A stretch of 64,000 bases of DNA from Longimicrobiales bacterium (GCA_965197725.1 CBDANQ010000058.1:28268-92267); one strand, 5' to 3'; shown: positions 36,694 to 45,956, counted from the stretch's first letter. The notes: a model not told the origin generated them from the letters alone. Numbers and translations: made by a program.

Positions 36694-39390
36694 TCACCTC
36701 CCCGCCGCCCCACCCAACCAGTAGCTCGCCTTGATCGCGAAGAAGTTGTTGCCGGTCGCCGTGAGCGAGCCGAACACGTCGCTCAGGCCCGCGCGGTCGC
36801 CGAGGGCTTCGCGCCCCGAGCGATCCTGCTGCCACACCAGGTAGAGCGTGCTTCCGGGCCGCCACTCCCAGCGGAGAACAGCCGTGCTCCGGAATGACCT
36901 CACATTGAAGTCCCGGTTGGAGATGCCGAAGGCGTCCTCACCGTCCAAGACCTCGTAGCTGCCGTCCTCCCCACGCTGGATCATGGTGCCGTCCGTCCCA
37001 TAGGTGCGCAGGAACCGGCTGCCCGCCGCCTCCAGCTCACCGATGCCGTAGAAGCGGCCGCTAGCGGCGAACGGCTGAGCGAAGAGGTCGAGGTTGACGT
37101 CCGGCTTCAGCGTGAAATTCAGCCGCGTCTCCATCGCGAGCGTCGTGCGGTCGGTGAACGCAAAGATGTAGCGGCCCCCATATGTCGAGGGTCCCCCCCC
37201 ATCCCGTGTCATGACGTACTGCCGCGGATTGACCTCGTGCTCGAACGAAGGTGCGAGCGACACCTGCCAGCGTGGCTCGGGCACCAACGAGACCCGCCCG
37301 CTGACGCTCTCTCTCCGTCCCCCCAGCTCGTCCCGTCCGTAGTCCACGCCGACGCTCCATCGCGTCTCCGTCGATGCGCTATTCGCCACCTCGAGCGACG
37401 TATTCCAGCCTCGGCCCGTTCCCATGGACGGTCCGCCCCGGGTCAACCGCTGGCTCTGAGCGCGCAAGTTCACCCGGGTGGACGCCCGGGTCGTCCAGAA
37501 ATTGTTCCACGTCACATCCGTGCTGCCCGTCAAGGCCGTCTGCTGGTGCTCTCCTGCCAGGTTCCATTCCGTGCGCTGGTTGACCCTGAACTGGTAGCTC
37601 CGGAAGTGACGTCCGGGGGTAGCTTCGCGATACGTCAACCACGGCCGGATCGCGATGGCGTCTCCGGTCGTGAGGCGTCCGATGTCGTTGAACTCCACCT
37701 CCGGCGACTCCAGATCGGCGAACATGGTCCAGAGCCAGTGCGTGCCGCTGATCTTCTCGACACGCGCGCTTACCTTGGCTCCCCCCATCGTGGTCCGGTC
37801 GGGGTCGACCTCGACGTGCGAGGCGTCGGGCCGCTGGAAGTACCGCTGGCTCGCGCGTTGGAGACGCACGATGGCTTCCTTGTCCCCGTCGACGTGGCTC
37901 AGGCCTCCCAGCACCGAGACCTCGTACGTGCCGCCGGCCGGCCGCCAGAGCGTCTCACCGTTCACGGTCACCGCATTTCGGGGCATGAGGGCGGCCAAAG
38001 GATCACCCCGTTCCAGCTCTCGGTGAACCCCGGTCACCATGAAGCCCGCGGTCGACCCCTGCGTCCCGAACTCCTGCTGGATCCGGGCCACGCCCCAGGT
38101 GGTGCGGGGCGCGACGCGAACCTTCCCGTACGTTCCAGGCGCCGAGTCGAAGGTCTTCGCGTGCTCCTCGCCGGTGACGGCCGCCAGGACCCCCACCGAG
38201 GTGCCCGAGGGCAGCCGTCCCGTCAGTTTCGCGGCGCCCAGAATCGTGGCGCTGCCCGGCGAATCGACATAGTCGCCCGACGCGGATCCCAGTGGGCGGG
38301 CACCGATGCGCCTCGAATAAAAAAAGTTGGGGGAGAGTCCGGGGGTAAGGAGAGCGCTGCCTTCGGTGAAGAACGGACGCCGCTCGGGGAAGAAAACCTC
38401 GAAGTCGGTCAAGTTAACTACGGCGGGATCCACCTCCACCTGGCCGAAGTCGGGGGTGACCGAGCCATCCAGCGTCAGGTTGGGCCCGATCCCCATCTTG
38501 AGATCGAGCCCGACCCGCCCCTCCAGGTTTACGCCGTCGTCGAACGGGTTGGCGGGATCACGGTCACCGTTGATGCTGGAGCCGGTCGCGGCGAAGGGGA
38601 GCAGCTCGAGGCGCCGAACGGGATCGACCGTGCGAACTCCGCGAAGCTCGCCGAAGCGCGAGGCCCAGGCGCGTTCGGTCCGGGGCACCGCCACCCAGTA
38701 GTCGGACTCGTTCTTCGACGGAATCCAACGGTGGATGTTCAGCCCCCACGTCTGCTCGAGCGTTTCGTTGTATCGCAACTGGGACAGGGGGATCCACATC
38801 TCGACGGTCCAGCCCTCGTCATCGATTCTGACGTGCGCCTCCCAAACCGGATCGAAGCCCTGATCGATGTCCTCCTCGCTATCGGAGCGGTGGAAGTGGT
38901 CGAGGCGGACGCCGGCAGCCGTGACACCGAAGGTGTAGGCGGTGCGACGGTCGAGGAAGGTATCCAGAGAAACGAGCACGTATTCCGCCAGCTGTCCTCC
39001 ATCGCGCCGCCCTAAAGGGGCCTGGATTGAGGACCCTCCTCCGCTCGAGTACATGCGGGCGCCGACGTAGAGCGCTTTGTCGTCGTACACGAAACGCACC
39101 TCGGTCCGCTCGGTGGGGAGCGCGCCCTCGGTCGGCTCTTTTTGCACGAAGTCGGTGACGGGCGGAGCCTGGCCCCAGATGGCTTCGTCGAGGTGCCCGT
39201 CCACGCGAATGCCGCTGGACAGCGTTTCGAGAGCCGTCGCCCGTTTGTAGCTGGTGAGGGAGGGCTCTTGAGCGGCCACCTCGAACGTGGCCATCAGAAG
39301 AACCATGAGGGTCAGCAGAGCTTGACGCACCGATCTTGCGGTCTGGACGGGAGGTGGCGCGAGCGGTCCCGAGGGCGGCGCCTTCACCAC
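36694..39390 (-). CDS. CBM9-like/DUF5916 domain-containing exported protein
   Basis: Up to 898 aa with a signal peptide (LLTLMVLLMATFEVAAQ). The N-terminal block IRVDGHLDEAIWGQAPPVTDFVQKEPTEGALPTERTEVRFVYDDKALYVGARMY ... WTVEMWIPLSQLRY is typical of this family. The start may be the GTG at 39330. Confidence 0.8.
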   Translation of the reverse strand: MVKAPPSGPLAPPPVQTARSVRQALLTLMVLLMATFEVAAQEPSLTSYKRATALETLSSGIRVDGHLDEAIWGQAPPVTDFVQKEPTEGALPTERTEVRFVYDDKALYVGARMYSSGGGSSIQAPLGRRDGGQLAEYVLVSLDTFLDRRTAYTFGVTAAGVRLDHFHRSDSEEDIDQGFDPVWEAHVRIDDEGWTVEMWIPLSQLRYNETLEQTWGLNIHRWIPSKNESDYWVAVPRTERAWASRFGELRGVRTVDPVRRLELLPFAATGSSINGDRDPANPFDDGVNLEGRVGLDLKMGIGPNLTLDGSVTPDFGQVEVDPAVVNLTDFEVFFPERRPFFTEGSALLTPGLSPNFFYSRRIGARPLGSASGDYVDSPGSATILGAAKLTGRLPSGTSVGVLAAVTGEEHAKTFDSAPGTYGKVRVAPRTTWGVARIQQEFGTQGSTAGFMVTGVHRELERGDPLAALMPRNAVTVNGETLWRPAGGTYEVSVLGGLSHVDGDKEAIVRLQRASQRYFQRPDASHVEVDPDRTTMGGAKVSARVEKISGTHWLWTMFADLESPEVEFNDIGRLTTGDAIAIRPWLTYREATPGRHFRSYQFRVNQRTEWNLAGEHQQTALTGSTDVTWNNFWTTRASTRVNLRAQSQRLTRGGPSMGTGRGWNTSLEVANSASTETRWSVGVDYGRDELGGRRESVSGRVSLVPEPRWQVSLAPSFEHEVNPRQYVMTRDGGGPSTYGGRYIFAFTDRTTLAMETRLNFTLKPDVNLDLFAQPFAASGRFYGIGELEAAGSRFLRTYGTDGTMIQRGEDGSYEVLDGEDAFGISNRDFNVRSFRSTAVLRWEWRPGSTLYLVWQQDRSGREALGDRAGLSDVFGSLTATGNNFFAIKASYWLGGAAGR

Positions 39391-39648
39391 GAAGGGGCTC
39401 CGACGACTTCAAGCCTAGGTGATTTGTTGCCCACTGGCCACTCCGGGCCGAGCCGAGTCAGCCCACCTCAACGCGTCAGCCCGAGCTTCTCGATAATCGC
39501 CAAGGAACCGCTCCTCCAGCGGCCGTTCATCAGCCAAGAGGGCCGCACTCAATCATGTCGAGGCAACCCCAAAAGTCCGGCGTCAAGTCGGGTTAACTTT
39601 TTTCCTGGCGATGTTGATCGATCCTACGATAACTTTTAAGCAACCTCC

Positions 39649-39682
39649 CTGACATCATCACCCTGCTGACGTCATCCCCCTG
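39649..39682. repeat. imperfect two-unit tandem repeat (2 x 17 bp) abutting the TTG start at 39683
   Basis: Unit 1 is CTGACATCATCACCCTG (39649-39665). Unit 2 is CTGACGTCATCCCCCTG (39666-39682), with 2 mismatches. Unit 2 contains the palindrome TGACGTCA. Confidence 0.8.
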
Positions 39683-40249
39683 TTGATCGCCTCTACCGTC
39701 CTATGCGCCCTGCTTGCTGCCGCGTTCGCGGCCCTCACCGTCGCGTGGTTGAAGCGGCTGCCTACTCTTCATCTCTGCCCGACGTGCACGCATCGCACGC
39801 AGGCGGTCTTGCTCCCCAGATTGCTGAGGCCGTTGGGGCGCTGGATCGGACTACGGTGGTGCCCCGATTGCGAATGGGAAGGGATCGGTCGCAAGGGCCC
39901 CGAATTCATTCCAGAACGCCCGCTCGCACACGACTCCGGTTTCCACTGGGGCGCGGACGTCATCGGGGAGAACGCCGGCTTCCATTGGGCTGAGCTCGAG
40001 CCGCCGGAGCCGCGCGACCTGTCTGCGGAGCCGCCGGCTCACCGATCTGGCTTCCGTTTCGGGGGCGGGCCTACACCCTCCAAGCCGCGGGCGCACCCGT
40101 CGGGATTCAACTGGTCAGGCCCCCGCCCAGCAGTACCGTACGTCGATCGGCGCGATCCCCGCTCAGCGTTCTCTTGGGGCAGCAGGCGCCGCGAGCCTGA
40201 AATCTTTCAGTGGGGCCAGGCGCCGGATAGGTGGCCCCCGCACCAGTAG
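39683..40249 (+). CDS. hypothetical membrane-anchored zinc-ribbon protein with SGF-x-W repeats
   Basis: 188 aa. It has an N-terminal TM segment, CPTC...CPDC cysteine pairs, and five or six repeats of an aromatic motif (HDSGFHWG, NAGFHWA, HRSGFRFG, HPSGFNWS, RSAFSWG, EIFQWG). The start codon is TTG. Confidence 0.55.
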   Translation: MIASTVLCALLAAAFAALTVAWLKRLPTLHLCPTCTHRTQAVLLPRLLRPLGRWIGLRWCPDCEWEGIGRKGPEFIPERPLAHDSGFHWGADVIGENAGFHWAELEPPEPRDLSAEPPAHRSGFRFGGGPTPSKPRAHPSGFNWSGPRPAVPYVDRRDPRSAFSWGSRRREPEIFQWGQAPDRWPPHQ

Positions 40250-40297
40250 GACGCGCGTCCCAGATGTCCGACGGCCTCGACCCGGTCGATCGTCTAT

Positions 40298-40361
40298 ACT
40301 ACCAGGTAACAGGCACGACAGCGGTCCCCACTACCAGGTGACAGGCACGACAGCGGTCCCC
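40298..40361. repeat. two-unit tandem direct repeat (2 x 32 bp) 24 nt upstream of the ABC-class ATPase gene
   Basis: Unit 1 is 40298-40329 (ACTACCAGGTAACAGGCACGACAGCGGTCCCC). Unit 2 is 40330-40361 and is identical except for A>G at the 12th base. Confidence 0.9.
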
Positions 40362-40384
40362 GGACGACCGGATGGGCGGAAGAC

Positions 40385-42124
40385 ATGCGCGACGGGAGCG
40401 AACTAGCAGCCCTGCTCGAGCGGATCGACGGACGGGGGTACAAGGCGTACAAGGAGATCGCTGGACCTTGGCGGTTTTCGGACTTCACTCTGCACTTCGA
40501 TCACGTGCAGGGCGACCCGTTCGCGGACCCCACACGGGTACGCCTGATGCTGCCTGCGGGTGTTGCCGACCTCCCGGAGTCGGCGTACCGAACTCGGCCA
40601 CGCGCGCTCGGTACGGCGGCGTTCCTCGCTCGGTCTTTCGCGCGGGCCGCCCGCGCGATCGGCCGGTCGGGCAGCGGCAAGAGCGGAGAGATCCGGATGG
40701 AAGATCCAGGTCAGACCGTTCTCCTGCACACCGCCGTGCTCATGCGCGAACACGGAGATCTAGAGGCCCGTTTCACGGTCGGGCTACCCGCGCAGGGGCG
40801 TCGTGTGCTCGGCCGCCAGGCCTCCGAATTGCTGACGGCGCGCGTCCCGGAGCTCGTGCGCTCCACGCTGATCGCGGCGGCGCACGACGCCGCCGAGATC
40901 GAAGCTCATGCAGCCAGCAACGAAGACGCCGATGCCCTCAGGAGCCAACTGGAGGGGCGGGGATTGATCGCCTTCGTGGCGGATGACTCGGTGCTGCCAC
41001 GCCGAAGCGGAATCGACGATCGACCACTGGAGGGCGCCAACGTCGTTTCCTTCCGCTCACCCGAATCGCTTCGAGTGACGTTCGAGCTTCCGAACGCCGG
41101 TTCGGTGTCGGGCATGGGCGTTCTGCCAGGTGTGACGTTGATCGTGGGCGGTGGCTTCAACGGCAAGAGCACGTTGCTCCGCGCCATCGAGTCCGGCGTC
41201 TACAACCACCGGCCCGGGGACGGAAGGGAACGGGTGGCCAGCCGCTTCGACGCGGTGAAGGTGCGCGCAGAAGACCGACGTTCGGTCTCCGGGGTCGACA
41301 TATCGAGCTTCATCGATGGACTCCCGTTCGGCCAGGACACGAAGCGATTCTCCACGGAGAACGCCTCGGGATCGACGAGTCAGGCCGCGGCCATCGTCGA
41401 AGCGCTCGAGGCCGGCGCCCGACTGTTGCTCGTTGACGAAGACACCTCGGCAACGAATTTCATGATCCGTGATCGCCGGATGCAGCAGCTGGTTCCGAAG
41501 GAAGGCGAGCCGATCACGCCCTTCGTCGATCGCGTACGCGAATTGTACGAAAGTCGGAGCGTGAGTTGCGTGCTCGTGCTCGGAGGGAGTGGGGACTATC
41601 TGGATGTGGCCGATACCGTGATCCGCATGACCGACTACGCGCCGTGGGACGTCACCGCGGAGGCGAGGACCGTGGCAGTGGAGATTCCGACCGGACGAGC
41701 GACGGAACGCAAACGACCGCTTACCGCGTTCTCCCTCCGTCGCGTTCAGGTGCGCTCCGTCGACCCGAGCAGGGGCCGTCGTGCGTCGTACGTGCGCGTG
41801 CCCGACGACCGAACTCTCATCTTCGGCGTTGAGACCATCGACCTCGCCGGCGTCGAGCAGATCGCGAGTCGCGCGCAGATGCGGGCGATCGGACAGGGTC
41901 TCGTGCTGTTGGCCGAGCGAGTCCTGGGGGAAGGCTCCGCTGAAGCGAGCAGGCCCCGTAGTAGCGCAGTCGATGTCGCCGGCGCGCTGGACGCCGTCGA
42001 GAGTCTCCTCGAGGAGGGAGACTTGGACGTTCTCGACCCCCGCCGTGTCGGCGACCTCGCGGAGTTCCGGCGCTTCGAGCTGGCTGCCGCGTTGAACAGG
42101 TTGCGCACACTGCGGGTAGACTAG
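40385..42124 (+). CDS. ABC-ATPase domain-containing protein (predicted ATPase of the ABC class, PF09818-like)
   Basis: 579 aa. The N-terminus is LLERIDGRGYKAYKEI...FTLHFDHVQGDPFA. The P-loop region is LIVGGGFNGKSTLLRAIESGVYNH. Then come SGSTSQAAAIVEALEAGARLLLVDEDTSATNFM. Confidence 0.85.
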   Translation: MRDGSELAALLERIDGRGYKAYKEIAGPWRFSDFTLHFDHVQGDPFADPTRVRLMLPAGVADLPESAYRTRPRALGTAAFLARSFARAARAIGRSGSGKSGEIRMEDPGQTVLLHTAVLMREHGDLEARFTVGLPAQGRRVLGRQASELLTARVPELVRSTLIAAAHDAAEIEAHAASNEDADALRSQLEGRGLIAFVADDSVLPRRSGIDDRPLEGANVVSFRSPESLRVTFELPNAGSVSGMGVLPGVTLIVGGGFNGKSTLLRAIESGVYNHRPGDGRERVASRFDAVKVRAEDRRSVSGVDISSFIDGLPFGQDTKRFSTENASGSTSQAAAIVEALEAGARLLLVDEDTSATNFMIRDRRMQQLVPKEGEPITPFVDRVRELYESRSVSCVLVLGGSGDYLDVADTVIRMTDYAPWDVTAEARTVAVEIPTGRATERKRPLTAFSLRRVQVRSVDPSRGRRASYVRVPDDRTLIFGVETIDLAGVEQIASRAQMRAIGQGLVLLAERVLGEGSAEASRPRSSAVDVAGALDAVESLLEEGDLDVLDPRRVGDLAEFRRFELAAALNRLRTLRVD

Positions 42125-42131
42125 TCCCCCG

Positions 42132-43922
42132 ATGAGACCCGGTCCGACTCTAGGAGCGCACCTGCCGGCGGCGATCCCGGAACTGGGCGCCGCGGTCCCT
42201 GCGCTGGCGGTATCCGGCACCGCGAGCGCCGAGCCGTTCCTCATCGAGGGCGAATCCGCCTCCGCCCGGGGTGTACTCAGAGGCGGGATCGACCGCATCC
42301 GCATCCATGACCGTGTGGTCGTGCGCGATCTGACAATCGGGAACTCACTCGGAGTCAATTTCGTCGTGATGCCAGGGGTGCTTCGGCGGGAACGGACGGG
42401 TCCCATCGGGACTGTCATGGAGAACGTCGTCGTCACGCCGACGCTTCCGCTGGTGGCCGCGCAGTGGAGCGGATCGCCGGTTGCGGACGATGGCGCGCTA
42501 CGGCTCACGCTCACCCCGGGCGGTGCGCAAGTCCGCTACGACGTGCACGACGGAGTCTTGCGCGCGGTGGGCCGAGATCCAGACCAGTCGGTCGCGGTGG
42601 CGCTGTACGGTGGCACGGGAAAGTGGACTCTTGCGGACGACGGCGACGGCCGCGTGCTCGCGTCACACGGGATGGGCGGCGACGGGCCGCTGACCCTCTT
42701 GGTCACCGCAGGAAGCGAGGCCGCGATCCGCTCTGCGCTCGCTTCAGCCGCTCACTTACCTGTGCATGAACGGCGGGCCGCGTCGACGACGGCCGAGGGC
42801 GTCCGGGTCCTGACGGGAGTCGCGGAACTCGACGACGGCGTCGCCTGGGCATCGTTCCGCGTTCGTGCGTCACTCTGGCGTGGCGTGATGACGGCCTCGG
42901 GCCACCACGCGTTCTGGTCGGGCCTCGGGGCGCTCGCGGTCGCGGACGTGGAGGCCGCAAGCCGGGCTGTCGCGCTCCTGGAGGGCCAGCTCAGGGCGGG
43001 ACAGGCATGCCAGCCGGCGTGGCCCGTGGAAGCGATGGCTGCGCTGCTCGCAGCGCGCTTGGCGCTCGCATCCGACGACGCCTCGGCCGCCCGGCGCCAC
43101 GCCCAGTTGATCTCGGATCGCGCTTGGGCTCCGAGGGGTCTGTCCTCCGACGGTGCGAGCCTGTGGGCGTTCGCGCTCGAGGAGCTCGCGGACGCCTTGC
43201 GCCACACCGAGACCGACGACCGCATCGCGGACCTGAGGACGCTCGCGGCGGAGCTGCCGTCCAGGGCCGCCGGCGGCATGCGACTACCGATGGTCGCCGA
43301 CGCACGTCCCGACGCAGGAGACTTCCTTCGATCGGTTCTCGCCGGCGGCTTAGGTCACGCGCCTCGGACAGGCATCCGGAGACTCGACGACACCCTGCGC
43401 ACGTGGTCCGGCTTCGGCGAGGACGCCGACGGAGCGTGGGGGCGGTGGCGAGAGACCCTCTCGGAAGGGTTGGTGAGCGGGCCCTCGGGCCCCGCTAGCT
43501 GGGATGAGGTCGATGACGTGCTCGCACCCGGCGCTCCAGTCGCAGGGGCCGTGCTCGCTGCGTTCTCCCACGGTGTACTGGGCTACATGCCCGATGCGCC
43601 GTCCGGACGACTGCGCCTCGCGCCACGGCTCCCGTCTCACGCGCGCGCGCTCACCGTTGAGAGGCTACGGTTGGGGTCTACGTTCATCACGCTTCGATAC
43701 GAGCGCCTGAAGACCCGTCACCGCTTCGTTCTCGAACCGACTTCGGCTCGTGTGCCACCGATGCTGGTATTCGAACCTTCGATCCCTGGGACGCGCCTCG
43801 CCGAGGCTCATATCGGAGACGCCCGCGCCGACCTCGAGGCGACTCGGGAGGGCGAGCGTGTCCGCGTTCGTGTCCAACTCTCGCTCGAAGGGCCGTGCAC
43901 GATCGACCTCAGGACCGAATAG
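42132..43922 (+). CDS. hypothetical protein, possibly (alpha/alpha)6-barrel glycosidase-like
   Basis: 596-aa ORF starting 7 nt after the ATPase stop. The C-terminal pattern GAVLAAFSHGVLGYMPDAPSGRLRLAPRLPSHARALTVERLRLGSTFITLRY resembles the end of six-hairpin glycoside hydrolases. No catalytic motif identified. Confidence 0.5.
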   Translation: MRPGPTLGAHLPAAIPELGAAVPALAVSGTASAEPFLIEGESASARGVLRGGIDRIRIHDRVVVRDLTIGNSLGVNFVVMPGVLRRERTGPIGTVMENVVVTPTLPLVAAQWSGSPVADDGALRLTLTPGGAQVRYDVHDGVLRAVGRDPDQSVAVALYGGTGKWTLADDGDGRVLASHGMGGDGPLTLLVTAGSEAAIRSALASAAHLPVHERRAASTTAEGVRVLTGVAELDDGVAWASFRVRASLWRGVMTASGHHAFWSGLGALAVADVEAASRAVALLEGQLRAGQACQPAWPVEAMAALLAARLALASDDASAARRHAQLISDRAWAPRGLSSDGASLWAFALEELADALRHTETDDRIADLRTLAAELPSRAAGGMRLPMVADARPDAGDFLRSVLAGGLGHAPRTGIRRLDDTLRTWSGFGEDADGAWGRWRETLSEGLVSGPSGPASWDEVDDVLAPGAPVAGAVLAAFSHGVLGYMPDAPSGRLRLAPRLPSHARALTVERLRLGSTFITLRYERLKTRHRFVLEPTSARVPPMLVFEPSIPGTRLAEAHIGDARADLEATREGERVRVRVQLSLEGPCTIDLRTE

Positions 43923-43975
43923 GAAACGAGGCCGAGCGGTGAACTCCCGGCCCCATATCGATACGCCCTTGCCGA

Positions 43976-44167
43976 TCAGTCCTCTGCGAGATAGCCGTGC
44001 TCTAGGAGCAGCTCCTTGGTCCGAGGCTCTCGCTCAGCCAGAGCCGTCTTCGCAATCTCACGCGCGAACTCCACACGATGGATCTCGGACACGTTATCTA
44101 GGACAGCGATCGGCGCTCCGTAGCGCAGTAGAATGCGCTTGGCGTCGACAGCGACGGAATCGTTCAC
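43976..44167 (-). CDS. small hypothetical protein (63 aa)
   Basis: The GTG at 44167 is preceded by GGGGGCAAAC. The product is VNDSVAVDAKRILLRYGAPIAVLDNVSEIHRVEFAREIAKTALAEREPRTKELLLEHGYLAED. The composition is lower-GC and non-repetitive, unlike the antisense-type ORFs around it. No family recognised. Confidence 0.3.
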   Translation of the reverse strand: MNDSVAVDAKRILLRYGAPIAVLDNVSEIHRVEFAREIAKTALAEREPRTKELLLEHGYLAED

Positions 44168-44243
44168 GTTTGCCCCCGGAAACCATGCCGCGGATGAGGT
44201 CGTGAAAGTGGTAAGGGATAATAACATAGACCCTTCGCATCGA

Positions 44244-45465
44244 GTGAAACGGCGCTTCTTGGCGTTCTGCACACTGGCCGTCGTGCCGTGCGGGATTGCC
44301 TCCGGGGCCGCGGCTCGCGCCGCCGACGATGCGTGGGAGGAGCTCGCGCACGTGTCGGCGGCACGCATCGCGCGCTTGGCTCTCGGCACGCTCGAGCAGG
44401 ACCTGGGAGCCGCCCTCGACTCGCTGCTAGGCTCGGCCGATCCGCTACCCAGCCCGGACACCACCATCGAGGCGGTTCGCCTGGCGATGGCGGGCGACAC
44501 CGTGTCGGCCCTCGATCCGACGGCTTCGGGCGTCGAGCTGATGGTCCTGTTTCCGGACGCCGAAGGCCTGCTACGCTTCGCCAACGGCATGTTGGTTCCC
44601 GGGGCCGCCGTTCTGGTGGGTCGGGTCGCTCGAGCGCGCGTCGGCCTCTATCTGAACGGTGAGCTGTGGAGCGCCACGGACCCGCCACCGTCAGTGGAAG
44701 TGATCGACCGTGAGACGCTCCTTGCGGCATCGCGAACACCTGGGGGCGTAAGGAGCGACGCCGGAAGCGTCGTTGCCATGGACCCGCGCAGAGAACTCCC
44801 CGCCGCGATCGTGGCGCTCGCCCAGCCGGAGGGCCCTGGCGAGCAGGCCGTCCCGCTGGCTGTACGACTCGTACTCGGCCTGCTCCTGCTCTTTTCGGCG
44901 GTCGCCGCCTGGATCCTATTCACGAAGGCGAGCGGTTCGGAAGGGGAACCGGCGCCGAGTCGCGCAGCGTTGGTTCTGCTGGCGTGCGTTCCCCTCTTTA
45001 CTCTCTTGGGCATGCTCGTGCACGTGCAACGGACGTTCGATGCCGCCGCCCGCGAGCATGTCTCCCGGGGCCTGGTCCAGACCCTGACCGTTGTCGGTAC
45101 GCTGGGCATCGGAGAGTCACCGGCCGGAGCACGCGCCCTGAGCGGCTCCCATGCGGCCCGCATCGAGCGAGGTCTCGTGACGGCCTCCACCCCTGGCTGG
45201 CGACGCTGCTGCGTTGGCAGCGGTGCCAGCACCTCCACCCTCTTTCACGACTGCAGGAGTCGTGGAGACTGGTTCCGGCAGGTCGCGCTACGTCGCACGA
45301 AGGATCGACCGGGAGTCATTCATGGTTCTGCTCGCACCCATTCCATTGGCCCGTATCGAAGCGCTGCGCAAACGGTTTATGCTGATCAGCGGTGTACTGA
45401 TGGGCTGGCTGCTACTCGTCGCGGGGAGTCTGACCGTACGCTCGAACCGTACCGAGAACAGCTAG
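44244..45465 (+). pseudogene. hypothetical membrane protein with exported sensor-like domains, apparent +1 frameshift near 45190
   Basis: The GTG at 44244 gives VKRRFLAFCTLAVVPCGIASGAAARA (a signal peptide), then internal TMs (LAVRLVLGLLLLFSAVAAWILF; ALVLLACVPLFTLLGMLV). After ...ARIERGLVTAST the plausible continuation is in the next frame and ends at 45465: LAGDAAALAAVPAPPPSFTTAGV...FMLISGVLMGWLLLVAGSLTV. The ORF-track tail to 45584 is Arg/Ser-rich nonsense. Confidence 0.45.
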
Positions 45466-45483
45466 GGAACCCGACTCAGAACA

Positions 45484-45933
45484 CTAGTTCAGCAGATCCG
45501 GCTCGTCGCCGTTGTCCATCTCGAGCAACGGCGACGGCAGTACGAATGGGCCACTCAACTCGAAACGCGGCACTGTTACCCTGAACTGCTCGCCGTCGGG
45601 GCGGACGAAGGTGTAGTACCCCTCCATGTATCCGACAGGTGAGCGGAGCACGCAGTAGCTCTGGTACTCGTGGGAGTCTCCGGGCCGGAGCATGGGCTGC
45701 TCGCCCACCACGCCTTCGCCATCGACCTCGGTGTCCTCTCCTGAAGAATCGTGAATATACCAGTGCCGGAACAGGAGTTTGGCCGAGGTTTTACCCTCGT
45801 TCCGCACCAAAATGTCGTAGGAGAACACGAACGTGCCGTCCTCCGGGTCGGAGGCGGCGAGGGAAAACCGGGGTCGAACCCGGACACGGATACCGTCGGT
45901 GGCTTGCTCGTAGCGCATGACGGATGCTAACAC
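45484..45933 (-). CDS. apaG: ApaG (DUF525) protein
   Basis: Conserved ApaG blocks: IRVRVRPRF, FVFSYDILVRNEG, LLFRHWYIHDSSGEDTEVDGEGVVGEQPMLRPGDSHEYQS, GYMEGYYTF. The start is the GTG at 45933 or the ATG at 45918. Confidence 0.85.
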   Translation of the reverse strand: MLASVMRYEQATDGIRVRVRPRFSLAASDPEDGTFVFSYDILVRNEGKTSAKLLFRHWYIHDSSGEDTEVDGEGVVGEQPMLRPGDSHEYQSYCVLRSPVGYMEGYYTFVRPDGEQFRVTVPRFELSGPFVLPSPLLEMDNGDEPDLLN

Positions 45934-45956
45934 CGACCGCGCGAGCGCGCAGCCCG

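Noticed and set aside
37237-39015. Very long ORFs antisense to clear genes: 37237..39015 (592 aa), 41057..42514 (485 aa), 20728..21942 (404 aa), 13976..15391 (471 aa), 2746..3624 (292 aa), and 26933..28111 / 58293..59471 (392 aa, antisense to the transposase).
   Set aside because: They are Arg/Pro/Gly/Ala-rich, low-complexity translations with no motifs, lying opposite ORFs with strong family signatures. This is typical of stop-codon-poor frames in GC-rich DNA.
30797-40361. I considered whether the tandem repeats could be a CRISPR array or minisatellite.
   Set aside because: Each has only two adjacent units with no spacers. The units are unrelated to each other, and no cas genes are present.
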